Source: a virus. Taken from it: a stretch of DNA of 64,000 bases. Positions 18,528-26,968 of the stretch are shown piece by piece. The stretch spans positions 32,001-96,000 of IMG/VR virus record IMGVR_UViG_3300045988_114464; one strand, given 5' to 3'. Numbering within the stretch: the stretch's first letter is position 1; each line of letters begins with the position of its first letter. Both the position numbers and the translations under genes were made by a program. The notes under the pieces were generated by a model. That model had not been told where the DNA came from and ran no database searches. It was given only the letters and a program-made list of their open reading frames with translations.

Positions 18528-19796
18528 ATGGCTAACAAATTTTTTGAGAATGAAATGGCTATGGGTATGTGTATGACTCCCAATGACGCATATAGAGGGG
18601 TACAACAAGCCTTTATTGATGACCAGTGGGAAAATACTGCTGTCGAAACCATTGTAGAAGAACAAGATTACATTGGTGCAGATACCTACCATAAAGTTCA
18701 TGTGTGGATGAATAAGGTTATTGGCACTACCACTACTTTTATGAAGAATGGTACTGATTATCGTTCACTAATGTACAGAGAGTTAGATTACTTTCCAGAG
18801 CGCGGTACTTATTTTAAGTATGATAACAACTACTGGATTTCTGATTTCGTAAATCCTTCTGATGGTGTAGTGGGCGGCAATACTATTCGCCGTTGCACTA
18901 ACTTTCTCAGAATTATCGACCCAGAAAACGGCTCAATCTTTACTGTTCCATGTGTACTTGATTACGATATGACTTCACCTTCAGTGCAAGTATCAAACGC
19001 CATTATTACACCAAATAACCATGCGATTGTTATTGTTCAAGCCAATCCAGATACTATGCGTTTGTTTACATACAATAAACGTTTTATTATTGGTGGGCGT
19101 GCGTTCAAATTAACCGCATATCAAAATGCGCTAATGGCAAACGTAGAAGAAAAAGAACCAACTATTCTTTATCTTGATTTGTCACTCGATGAGTTGCATG
19201 ACGGTGATGATTTGGTACATCAAGTAGCTAACAATGGCGCTTATGATTACGCTGTAGTTCTCAATCATTCTGACTTTGCCGTTCCTGATGCTATTGAATC
19301 GCTTGATATTGTGGCTTGCGTTACTCTTAATGGTGAGCAAGTTGACAGACCTATGGTATGGAGTTCAAGTGACACTGCTGTTATCACAGTTAATGGCGGA
19401 AAATTACAAGTTGTTGGGAAAGGTGTAACCACTATTAAGGCACAGCTTAAAGGTAATTATGATGTTTACGCTGAAGTTAAAGTTACAGTTGCCGATAAAC
19501 AAGAGATTGTTCCAGTTGTAACAATGGAAAACGCATTCGATAGTATTAGGCAGTTTGAAGTTAAGCACGCACAATTTAGCGTCAATGGCGAAAAGCTAAC
19601 TAATCTTATATGTACACTGGATAAGGGTGTGACCAATAATAAGGTTTTACGTCTATCCAGTGATGGGACAATTATGACTATTGAATGTATCAATCCATCA
19701 AAAGACGTACAGACATTGTATGTTGAAGGTGATACAGAGAGTTACGGTCATGTATCAGCACAATTTAATATTAAAGCACTCAGTATGATGGGGTAA
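18528..19796 (+). CDS. structural protein with a C-terminal bacterial Ig-like (Big_2-type) domain
   Basis: The start MANKFF follows AAGGAG. The segment VWSSSDTAVITVNGGKLQVVGKGVTTIKAQL..YAEVKVTV is typical Big_2. Confidence 0.55.
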   Translation: MANKFFENEMAMGMCMTPNDAYRGVQQAFIDDQWENTAVETIVEEQDYIGADTYHKVHVWMNKVIGTTTTFMKNGTDYRSLMYRELDYFPERGTYFKYDNNYWISDFVNPSDGVVGGNTIRRCTNFLRIIDPENGSIFTVPCVLDYDMTSPSVQVSNAIITPNNHAIVIVQANPDTMRLFTYNKRFIIGGRAFKLTAYQNALMANVEEKEPTILYLDLSLDELHDGDDLVHQVANNGAYDYAVVLNHSDFAVPDAIESLDIVACVTLNGEQVDRPMVWSSSDTAVITVNGGKLQVVGKGVTTIKAQLKGNYDVYAEVKVTVADKQEIVPVVTMENAFDSIRQFEVKHAQFSVNGEKLTNLICTLDKGVTNNKVLRLSSDGTIMTIECINPSKDVQTLYVEGDTESYGHVSAQFNIKALSMMG

Positions 19797-19805
19797 GGTG
19801 ATAAT

Positions 19806-20372
19806 ATGTATAACAGTATGAAAGCGTTACCTCAAATTCCATATAACATTTTAACGTATTTGGCAAAAAACGATGAAATTATCTGGAAACTGCTAAAGTA
19901 TAATAGCTACGATGCTTTAAGCAAACCAGACCTTACTTTTGCAGAGAAGTTAAACCTTATTTGGAAAACTGGGGCACAAGCAGATTATAGCATCTTTCTT
20001 ACTCCCCTTGTGGAAGATGTTATGGCTGAAAGCAAGTGTATTTTGAAAATTTATGATTATTATATTCATGCCAAAGAATTGTATGTGGCAACACCAGTAT
20101 ATGCGTTTGATTTCTTGTATGGCGGTCAAATGTCTTTGGTAGAATATGAAAATATTCCTGTATCTCGTGGAGATTTGTTTATTCACCGCGCTATGGCTGT
20201 GCTTAATGGCGCATATGTAGCGGGTATTGGTAAACTAACCTTTAGTGATGATATGTCAAGATACAATCTTGCACGAAGCACTATAGGAAATAGTAAAACA
20301 TTTACAGGCGTTCAACTTTATATGAGTACGCTTGTGGGCGATTCTGGTAAGGATGTTGCTTGTGGCGATTGA
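19806..20372 (+). CDS. hypothetical virion protein
   Basis: A co-oriented ORF in the head-tail module. Confidence 0.45.
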   Translation: MYNSMKALPQIPYNILTYLAKNDEIIWKLLKYNSYDALSKPDLTFAEKLNLIWKTGAQADYSIFLTPLVEDVMAESKCILKIYDYYIHAKELYVATPVYAFDFLYGGQMSLVEYENIPVSRGDLFIHRAMAVLNGAYVAGIGKLTFSDDMSRYNLARSTIGNSKTFTGVQLYMSTLVGDSGKDVACGD

Positions 20373-21195
20373 TTTACAATACCTCAAAGAAGTATATTTT
20401 GCTTACGATGAACCAGTCCCCTATAAATGTAAGGGGGGTAACACTATTAACATTATTCCTGTTGATGTAAAACATGGGCTTGTTTTTCAATCCAGTGTTG
20501 ATATTATAGCATTTGACAAAAATAGTGTCAATGATGCAAAGGTAATTTCTATGAGTTATCTTGAGTTTATTATTGGTATGATGGCTGAAGCGCCAGTTTT
20601 TGTCCAAAAGTTTGTCAATATTTTGAAACTTTGTTTAGGGTTAGAGCATCCTGCGATAACTTTTAATGAACAAACTAACAAGCCGTTAATAGTGGATGAA
20701 GAAGCAGGAATAAAAATTACTCACAAAGATTTTGAAGATATTCGGAGAATTATTCTCTACCAGAATATTCCAAAATATGATGATGAGTATATTAACCCAG
20801 ACTTGAAAAAAGCAATGGAAGAAACTGATAGGCTGAGAAACAAAGATATTGATATGCCGACTTTTGAGCGAAAGTGTGCAATTATTACGGCTCATTGTGG
20901 CTTATCCAAGAAAGAACAGCTTGAGATGACGTTACGTTCTCATATTATGCTTTTTGACGAAGTTTGCGGCGAAATTGAATTTACAACGGTTCGTCCCGTG
21001 GCACTTTTTGGTGGCAAGGGTAATGAACTTGAACATTGGATTTTCCATAAAAAGAAGGGTAAATTCGATGGATACATTACAGAGAAAGACCAGCTTGTTA
21101 AGCAGATGGGTGGTGAAGGTAGCTTCACTAATGCGTCTACTGATACAAGTCGTGGTGATTCTCTGGAACAATTATTTAATCAAGGAGGAAATTAA
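20332..21195 (+). CDS. hypothetical virion protein (start uncertain)
   Basis: A long ORF that overlaps the previous gene by 41 nt. An internal start near 20353 is possible. Confidence 0.45.
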   Translation: MWAILVRMLLVAIDLQYLKEVYFAYDEPVPYKCKGGNTINIIPVDVKHGLVFQSSVDIIAFDKNSVNDAKVISMSYLEFIIGMMAEAPVFVQKFVNILKLCLGLEHPAITFNEQTNKPLIVDEEAGIKITHKDFEDIRRIILYQNIPKYDDEYINPDLKKAMEETDRLRNKDIDMPTFERKCAIITAHCGLSKKEQLEMTLRSHIMLFDEVCGEIEFTTVRPVALFGGKGNELEHWIFHKKKGKFDGYITEKDQLVKQMGGEGSFTNASTDTSRGDSLEQLFNQGGN

Positions 21196-21198
21196 AGT

Positions 21199-21406
21199 AT
21201 GGCTTCTGCTAATATTTTCACCGCTGGCCCTGCTCGTGCGCTGTTTTTCTACGGTCAGGACTTGATTGGTGTTGGTACTACTCTAAGTGATACCACTTTC
21301 GATTCTTCTATCACCGCCGAGGAAGTACGCGGTGGTCAGGGCAACCTGCTCTACGGTCAATACTTCCATGATTCTTCACTGACCGTTTCTATTACCGATG
21401 TAACTT
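21199..21406 (+). CDS. major tail (tube) protein, exon 1 (3' boundary approximate)
   Basis: MASANIFTAGPARALFFYG... closes at 21415 where sequence homologous to the capsid intron begins. Confidence 0.55.
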
Positions 21407-21536
21407 GCATTGCTTAATTGGTGACAATTAAGTACCGAGTGTTTAATGCTTTGAAAATGCCCTAAAGCCCTTTTACCCAAACAGTAGTTGGAAACAACAA
21501 GCTGAGTGGTTATAAAAAGTAAAGGGATTGATTTTA

Positions 21537-21565
21537 TTGACTTTTAAGTATTATTATGATATAAT
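21537..21565 (+). promoter_or_regulatory. intron-internal promoter for the endonuclease gene
   Basis: TTGACT, a 17-nt spacer, then TGa-TATAAT, 22 nt upstream of the TTG start. Confidence 0.5.
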
Positions 21566-21587
21566 ATAAGAAAGGGGATGATAAAAT

Positions 21588-22505
21588 TTGCTGTTAAAAG
21601 ATAATTTAGTTGAAATGAAATGGCATCCAACTAATAGAGTTAAATATGCAACTCGTGGTTATAAATTTACCGCTTTTGGCGAAAAGTTTTATGCAAAAGC
21701 GAGTGATGTACTTGAGTTAAGTAGTGGTGCTAAAATTCCTGTGCAATGCGATTATTGTGGCAAAATTTATTATCCTACTTCTCGTAATTATGAGAAATCA
21801 CAGTTACGAAAAGAGAAAGATTGTTGTGTTGCTTGTAAAGGTAAAGAAATTCGCGCAACCGTACAAAAGAAATATGGTGTTAATAATGTAGTAGAGTTGG
21901 ATGAAGTACGCATGAAGATGAAAGAAACTTGTCTTTCAAAATATGGTACTTCTTCTCCGCTTGAGAATAAAGAAATTTTTCAGAAAACACAAGATAGTTT
22001 TAATTCTCATTATGGAACAGAAAACGGTATTAAAGATTTGCGTTCTGTTCCAGAAATTGCTACAAGAATTGAGAATACTAATATTTCTAAGTATGGTGGC
22101 AAAGCACCAATATGCTCTTCTAAAATTAGGAACAAAATCAACCAAACAATGTATGAAAACGGAACTTGCAAAACTTCAGAAAAACAACTGTTATTGAATC
22201 AAATGGTAATTGATTTATACGGTAATTCTGAGTTGAATTATCCTTGCGATAAAGTGTCTTTGGATTGCATGACGATTGTCAATGGAATTAAAATTGACAT
22301 TGAATATGATGGTTGGTATTGGCATAAAGACAAACAAGAAGAAGATAAGCGCAGAGATTTCTTTGTAGAGTCTAAAGGTTATAAAGTTATTCGCTTTATA
22401 GCTTATGAAAACAGACTCCCTACCGAAGAAGAATTACGCAACGCAATTCATAAAATTACAACAACAAGTAGAAAATTTACTAAAGTCAAATTAAATAAAA
22501 TCTAA
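21588..22505 (+). CDS. intron-encoded Vsr/DUF559-like homing endonuclease (paralog of 16030-16920)
   Basis: It aligns by eye with the other endonuclease along its whole length (..KWHPTNRVKY..VQCDYCGKIY.., KIDIEYDGWYWHKDK..KRRDFF..GYKVIRF). Confidence 0.7.
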   Translation: MLLKDNLVEMKWHPTNRVKYATRGYKFTAFGEKFYAKASDVLELSSGAKIPVQCDYCGKIYYPTSRNYEKSQLRKEKDCCVACKGKEIRATVQKKYGVNNVVELDEVRMKMKETCLSKYGTSSPLENKEIFQKTQDSFNSHYGTENGIKDLRSVPEIATRIENTNISKYGGKAPICSSKIRNKINQTMYENGTCKTSEKQLLLNQMVIDLYGNSELNYPCDKVSLDCMTIVNGIKIDIEYDGWYWHKDKQEEDKRRDFFVESKGYKVIRFIAYENRLPTEEELRNAIHKITTTSRKFTKVKLNKI

Positions 22506-22717
22506 TGGGTAGTTTAGCAGGGAAAGTCCTAAGTCTATAAAGATATGGAAAACCCCCAACGACTATCTCTTGGCGAGAGAGTAAGCTACAAGCTAATGGT
22601 AGCTGAAAAATCCTCCCCTCTTTGTAGAGGTGAACAAATAGTCTGAACATCTATCGAAAAGATAGAGCAGTTCTTTAAGAACGGCATAGGGAGTTGCGTC
22701 CTTATGTGAACATATTG

Positions 22718-23604
22718 CAATGTTTAATCTTCAGTACGTTGCCGCAAACCTTGGTGTAAACCTTGAGCAAGGCGGTCTATCCGTAACTGAAGAAGAACTA
22801 ACTGTTGGCGCAGTTGGTGGCGCAGTAACACTAACTAACAAGCCAATCGCATTCTCTGGTTCTTATATCGGCTGGTATAAGAAGCCTTCTGACGCTGATT
22901 GGACTATTGGTACTATTGACGCTGACCAGAAGAAGATGAATATTGCTGGTGCAAAGGAAAATGAGCACTATTGTGTTAAGTATTTCTATCAGAATGAGAA
23001 CGCTAAGTCTATTACTATTAAGGCTCAGTTCGTTCCAAAGGTGCTACACCTTGTTCTGATTAACGACCTATTCTCTGGTTCTACCGCTGATGTAGCGGCT
23101 TCTACTTCTAAGTATGGTCGTCTAATTACCGATATTCCTCAGTTCCAACTCGATGGCGCACAAAATCTGGCATGGGCGGCAGCTTCTGCGGCAACCGTTT
23201 CTCTGTCTGGTAAGGCACTGGCATATTCTGATACCGAGTCTTGCGAAGTAGACCCAGTATACGGTACTATGACTCAAGAGATTTTTGGCGCTAAGTGGCA
23301 GGATGATGTTGTAGCACTCGCTTGCGAGAACGCTGAGATTGACCTTGCTGAATCTGGTACTGAAACTCTGATTGTTCGTGCGGTATTCGGTGGCGCAATT
23401 GCTTCTCAGCGCAAGGAAAACTCCAACTTTACCTTTGCTATTGTAGATGCCCCTGCTTCTACTGCAACTGGTACTACTGTTGGTGCTAATACTGGTATTG
23501 TAACTGCTGGTACTACTGCTGGCACTGCTGTAATTTCTATTACACTTACCAATTATCCGAACGTACCACCCGCATACGCTACCGTAACCGTAACTGTTGG
23601 TTAA
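22718..23604 (+). CDS. major tail (tube) protein, exon 2, with a C-terminal Ig-like domain
   Basis: (S)MFNLQYVAANLG... continues in frame. The C-terminus GTAVISITLTNYPNVPPAYATVTVTV is Ig-like, as in many siphovirus tube proteins. Confidence 0.55.
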
Positions 23605-23608
23605 TCTG

Positions 23609-23646
23609 AATAGGGAGGAAGGTTATTCCTTTCTCCCTATTTTTTC
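23609..23646 (+). terminator. rho-independent terminator
   Basis: TAGGGAG ... CTCCCTA stem followed by TTTTTT. Confidence 0.7.
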
Positions 23647-23664
23647 ATAACAGGAGGTAACATT

Positions 23665-23961
23665 ATGTGTGAATATACTAATGGTAATTTGTGCAAAGTT
23701 ACCAATTCTGTTTGTCCTTATATGATGTACTGCGAAAAAATTCAAGGATATAAGCCGTCAAGATATATGCCTGACGATTGTCCACAAAAGATAAAAGCCC
23801 AAATTCCTGCTGGCTATCGCAGAGTTATTCAAGAACGAAAAGGCAAACTTTATATTGAAATTGGAGAACAAGCAGTTATTGTTCCAAATCCTTTTGACCA
23901 CGTTCCACTTTATGTCAAAGCGACAAAATTAAAGAATGGAACATGGCGATTAAAGGAATGA
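23665..23961 (+). CDS. hypothetical Cys-rich protein (98 aa)
   Basis: ORF after AGGAGG with the N-terminal cysteine cluster CEYTNGNLCKVTNSVCPYMMYC. Confidence 0.5.
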   Translation: MCEYTNGNLCKVTNSVCPYMMYCEKIQGYKPSRYMPDDCPQKIKAQIPAGYRRVIQERKGKLYIEIGEQAVIVPNPFDHVPLYVKATKLKNGTWRLKE

Positions 23962-23976
23962 TGGGAGGGTTGCTAA

Positions 23977-24357
23977 ATGGCAGATGACATCGGTATCTTA
24001 TATCATAAGGTGAACGACCTGTCTGAACGAGTGACAGAATTAGAAAGCACCCGACCGTTTATGCAGGAAATGATAGAGAGAGAAATTAAAGTAAGTGAAA
24101 AATTAGATGCTACTCTTGACGCTGTTCAGTTGTCTATGGTGCAAATGAATGTAAAGATGGACGAACAATCAAAGGCGATTGAAATGTTGCAGAAAAATTC
24201 TGCGGAGTCTAATAAAAAATTAAACAATCGACTTGACGACCTTGAAGAAAGAGGACAATTTGATTTCTTAACTTATATTAAAACAAATTTGCCAACAATT
24301 ATTCTTACTGGTATAGTTGTTGGTGCTTATGTTGCAAAACATTTTAATCTCTTGTAA
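23977..24357 (+). CDS. hypothetical coiled-coil protein with a C-terminal transmembrane helix
   Basis: The C-terminus LPTIILTGIVVGAYVAKHF is hydrophobic. No family was recognised. Confidence 0.5.
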   Translation: MADDIGILYHKVNDLSERVTELESTRPFMQEMIEREIKVSEKLDATLDAVQLSMVQMNVKMDEQSKAIEMLQKNSAESNKKLNNRLDDLEERGQFDFLTYIKTNLPTIILTGIVVGAYVAKHFNLL

Positions 24358-24380
24358 TGAAAGAAAGGAACTAAAAGGAA

Positions 24381-24803
24381 ATGGCAATTATTCCAGAAAA
24401 AGAAACTACATATCTTGATAAGTACGGTGTTACCGTCAATCGTTATCTGACTTATGCTCAGATTCAGCAAATTGCTGAATCAACTATGAAATTCCATACT
24501 TGGGCTGAACGTCAACAGAATATTGATATGCTAATTCTTGTTCATGCTACGGATATGACCGTTGAAGAAATTGAGAAGCATACACATGACGAACTTTTGC
24601 AGTGTAGCCTTATTGATGAAGTAATGTTTCATGTTGACAACGTTTATAGGATTTATGACGCTCTTGAATATCATGAATCTACTCAGCGTGCGCTTGCTCA
24701 AATTCTTGGGGAAATCAACAAGTTTATGGATACACCTGTTGGGAAGAATGTAGTGCAGAAATTTGCACGCAAGGCAATGAACGATGGCGATAACAAGCAT
24801 TGA
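24381..24803 (+). CDS. hypothetical protein (tail assembly chaperone by position?)
   Basis: An acidic 140-aa ORF upstream of the tape measure region. Confidence 0.4.
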   Translation: MAIIPEKETTYLDKYGVTVNRYLTYAQIQQIAESTMKFHTWAERQQNIDMLILVHATDMTVEEIEKHTHDELLQCSLIDEVMFHVDNVYRIYDALEYHESTQRALAQILGEINKFMDTPVGKNVVQKFARKAMNDGDNKH

Positions 24804-25233
24804 AGCCTTAATGTCAATATGCGCTCCTGCAATTCAAAGCGCGTTAAAGTATACAGTGGAAAAGATTAAAGAAAAGAATGAGCAAGTTGTTAATCAGATA
24901 GTATATGCTGTTTATTCACCTCAAATGTATCCTCGTACTTTTGAATTACGAGAAGCATGGAAAGGCGAAGCCAATGCTTCTGGTGCAAGCGGTCATGCAA
25001 CGTTTGAATATGACCCAAGCAAGATTAGTGCTCATTCTAATTTAACTGACGAAGCTGTTCCTTATTTGGCAGAAATTGTATATCAAGGTCTGGCGGGTAA
25101 GATTTACGGTGAAGGCGCTTGGACACAGGCTCGTGACGCATGGCAAGCCCTATTAGACGCTTGTAGTGAAGATGCTATTAAAGAATGGTTTTATCAAGGC
25201 TGTAGACAAGCAGGATTGCCAATAGAAAGATAA
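24784..25233 (+). CDS. hypothetical protein
   Basis: An ORF that overlaps the previous gene by 20 nt in the +1 frame. Confidence 0.45.
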   Translation: MAITSIEALMSICAPAIQSALKYTVEKIKEKNEQVVNQIVYAVYSPQMYPRTFELREAWKGEANASGASGHATFEYDPSKISAHSNLTDEAVPYLAEIVYQGLAGKIYGEGAWTQARDAWQALLDACSEDAIKEWFYQGCRQAGLPIER

Positions 25234-25264
25234 AATAAGGTATAGTACAGAATTGAGGATAACT

Positions 25265-25798
25265 ATGGTTTATTGTGGTATTGATGCTTCAACCACTGCG
25301 GTAGGGTGGAGTATATTCAATGGTACTGACCTTATTGATTATGGGTGCTTTAGACCTAATGGTGATGATTGGCGCGACCGCACTCAGCAAATCGCGCCTT
25401 TCATTAAGCAACTATTAGAAAAGTATCATGTTAATAAGGTGATATTAGAAGATGTTCCTTTAATGGGTAAGCGAGGTAATAAAACCTTGGTTATCCTTGG
25501 TGCTGTGCAAGGAATGTTATTAGGAGTAACATCTTCTATGAATATTCCTACCGAGTTTATTTTACCAAGCGCGTGGAGAAGTCCGATTGGACTTTTTGAT
25601 GGTACGAAAGCTGGTACTCGTAGGGATGAAATGAAAAGAAAGTCAATAGAAAAAGCAAATGAACGATTCGGTCTTGAACTAAAGTGGGTGTCGCCTTGTA
25701 GTAAGAAGAACGATGACGATATTGCTGACGCTATTCTGGTAGCATACTCACAGATAAGCAAAGTTCGCTTTGTCAAAAACCCAAAAGTGAAGGAGTGA
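25265..25798 (+). CDS. RuvC-like Holliday junction resolvase
   Basis: MVYCGIDASTTAVGWS (catalytic Asp), VILEDVP (Glu) and DDDIADAILVAY (C-terminal acidic pair) occur in RuvC order. I prefer ATG 25265. Confidence 0.6.
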   Translation: MVYCGIDASTTAVGWSIFNGTDLIDYGCFRPNGDDWRDRTQQIAPFIKQLLEKYHVNKVILEDVPLMGKRGNKTLVILGAVQGMLLGVTSSMNIPTEFILPSAWRSPIGLFDGTKAGTRRDEMKRKSIEKANERFGLELKWVSPCSKKNDDDIADAILVAYSQISKVRFVKNPKVKE

Positions 25799-25802
25799 GT
25801 TT

Positions 25803-26378
25803 ATGGCAGATTTTAAGATTTCTATTGATACTGAATTAAAAACTTCGCAAATTGATTCACAAATTAGTGAAATAAAATCTAAACTTGAAAATGCGGTTAA
25901 GGATGTTCCTTTAAGTATTAACTTAAATCAAGTAAATAATCAGATTGATGATTTACAAACACGTTTAAGAACCGCGTTTGACAATATCAACGCAAACGTC
26001 AACTTCGGCAATGCTACACAACAAGCAGAGCAATTAGGGCAAAACTTGAGAACTGCTGGTGATAACTTTAATAGTATCGGTAGTGGCGGTGGTGGTAATA
26101 ATGCAAATAACCAATTATTGCAATTAACACAAGGTGCTCAAAATGCTTCTGAGCAAATTCGTGAAACAGCGACCGCAGTTGAAGAATCTACGCTTTCTTA
26201 TCAAGAGTGGAACGTTGTTCTAAACGCTTGTATTGATACTATTAAAAGTTTTGCAGAACAAACTTTTGAAATGGACTCTGCTCTTACAGATTTTAAGAAA
26301 GTATCTGATTTAAGCGGAGATAGTCTAAATCAATATGTAGATAAATTACAAGACCTTGGTTCTACCGTTGCTCGTACT
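25803..26378 (+). CDS. tail tape measure protein, 5' segment (exon 1; boundary approximate)
   Basis: A coiled-coil, Q/N-rich N-terminus that ends ..DKLQDLGSTVART(G) just before the canonical TMP core, which resumes at about 26969. Confidence 0.5.
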
Positions 26379-26732
26379 GGCTAATAATAACCAGAGTGTA
26401 TAGATGGTAAATATGCACTGAGAAGTGTTCAAAACCCTTGAAAGCCTAAGAGCCTTACTACCACAACATAAGGATGAGATACGCCTAAGTGTGACGGTAT
26501 GGAAACTCAAAAAACAGTAAGGATGATATATGGTGGAAACGCCTAAGTATTGATATAAATATTGTATAGTGTTGATATAAAAATGTCAATAGTGTAAAGT
26601 ATTTATATAAAATGGCAGTTTGGGCGCGAAGTCCTGATGAGGGATGTGTCAACAGAGTAAAAGTTCACTTCCCTCCAAAATATATAGGGAAAAGAAGTAT
26701 TCGGGCTGTAAGAGAAATCTTATAGAATTATC

Positions 26733-26760
26733 TTGACAACGCTAAATAATATGATATAAT
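26733..26760 (+). promoter_or_regulatory. promoter for the small intervening-sequence ORF
   Basis: TTGACA, a 16-nt spacer, then TGa-TATAAT, followed by AAGGAG and ATG 26786. Confidence 0.55.
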
Positions 26761-26785
26761 AGGCTTATAAAAGGAGTTGAATATC

Positions 26786-26962
26786 ATGGAGATTATTAAG
26801 ACGTTGGCTGAATGTTTTGCCGTTCAGTGTTTCTTCTGGCTTATTGGCGGTACGGTTAATTATTTCCGTACTGGCAAGTTCTTTATTGTACATTATAAGG
26901 CACAAAGGAATGATGAAAAATCTAAGGAGATTTATTCTAAAAGCTGGTGGGATAAAAGATAA
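26786..26962 (+). CDS. 58-aa hydrophobic/basic peptide encoded inside the tape measure intervening sequence
   Basis: MEIIKTLAECFAVQCFFWLIGGTVNYF..., one predicted TM-like segment and a basic tail, with its own promoter and RBS. Confidence 0.45.
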   Translation: MEIIKTLAECFAVQCFFWLIGGTVNYFRTGKFFIVHYKAQRNDEKSKEIYSKSWWDKR

Positions 26963-26968
26963 CTGTCG

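Larger units (their letters stand above)
21407..22717 (+). mobile_element. group I intron (paralog of the capsid-gene intron) in the tail tube gene
   Basis: The 5' block TTTAATGCTTTGAA..CCCTAAAGCC..AAACAGTAGTTGGAAAC and the core GGGTAGTTTAGCAGGGAAAGTCCTAAGT..CCAACGACTATCTC..GAGAGTAAGCTACAAGCTAATGGTAGCTGAAAAAT..AATAGTCTGAAC nearly match intron 1. The 3' end CTTATGTGAACATATTG is td-like. Confidence 0.7.
26379..26968 (+). mobile_element. intervening sequence in the tape measure gene; probable group I intron carrying a small ORF
   Basis: It shares CCCTTGAAAGCCTAAGAGCC and two ACGCCTAAGT blocks with the other introns, plus an R-like GTCAACAGAGTAAAAG. No clear S/P7 element was found, and the ORF ends only 6 nt from the proposed 3' end. 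Confidence 0.45.

Noticed and set aside
24784-24803. Programmed -1 frameshift of the gpG/gpGT type upstream of the tape measure gene
   Set aside because: The downstream ORF is in the +1 frame, not -1. No slippery heptamer is visible in the 20-nt overlap, and the downstream ORF has its own ATG.
15695-26384. Stop-codon reassignment as the cause of the three interrupted structural genes (stops at 15695, 21415, 26382)
   Set aside because: All other long genes read through with the standard code. The interruptions are 0.6-1.3 kb long and contain endonuclease ORFs and td-like ribozyme core sequences, so introns explain them better.
26634-26641. Hammerhead-ribozyme-like CUGAUGAG box
   Set aside because: There is no matching GAAA/stem III arrangement downstream, because the stem closing at TCCC is followed by TCCAAAA. 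It is more likely part of the intron-like core.
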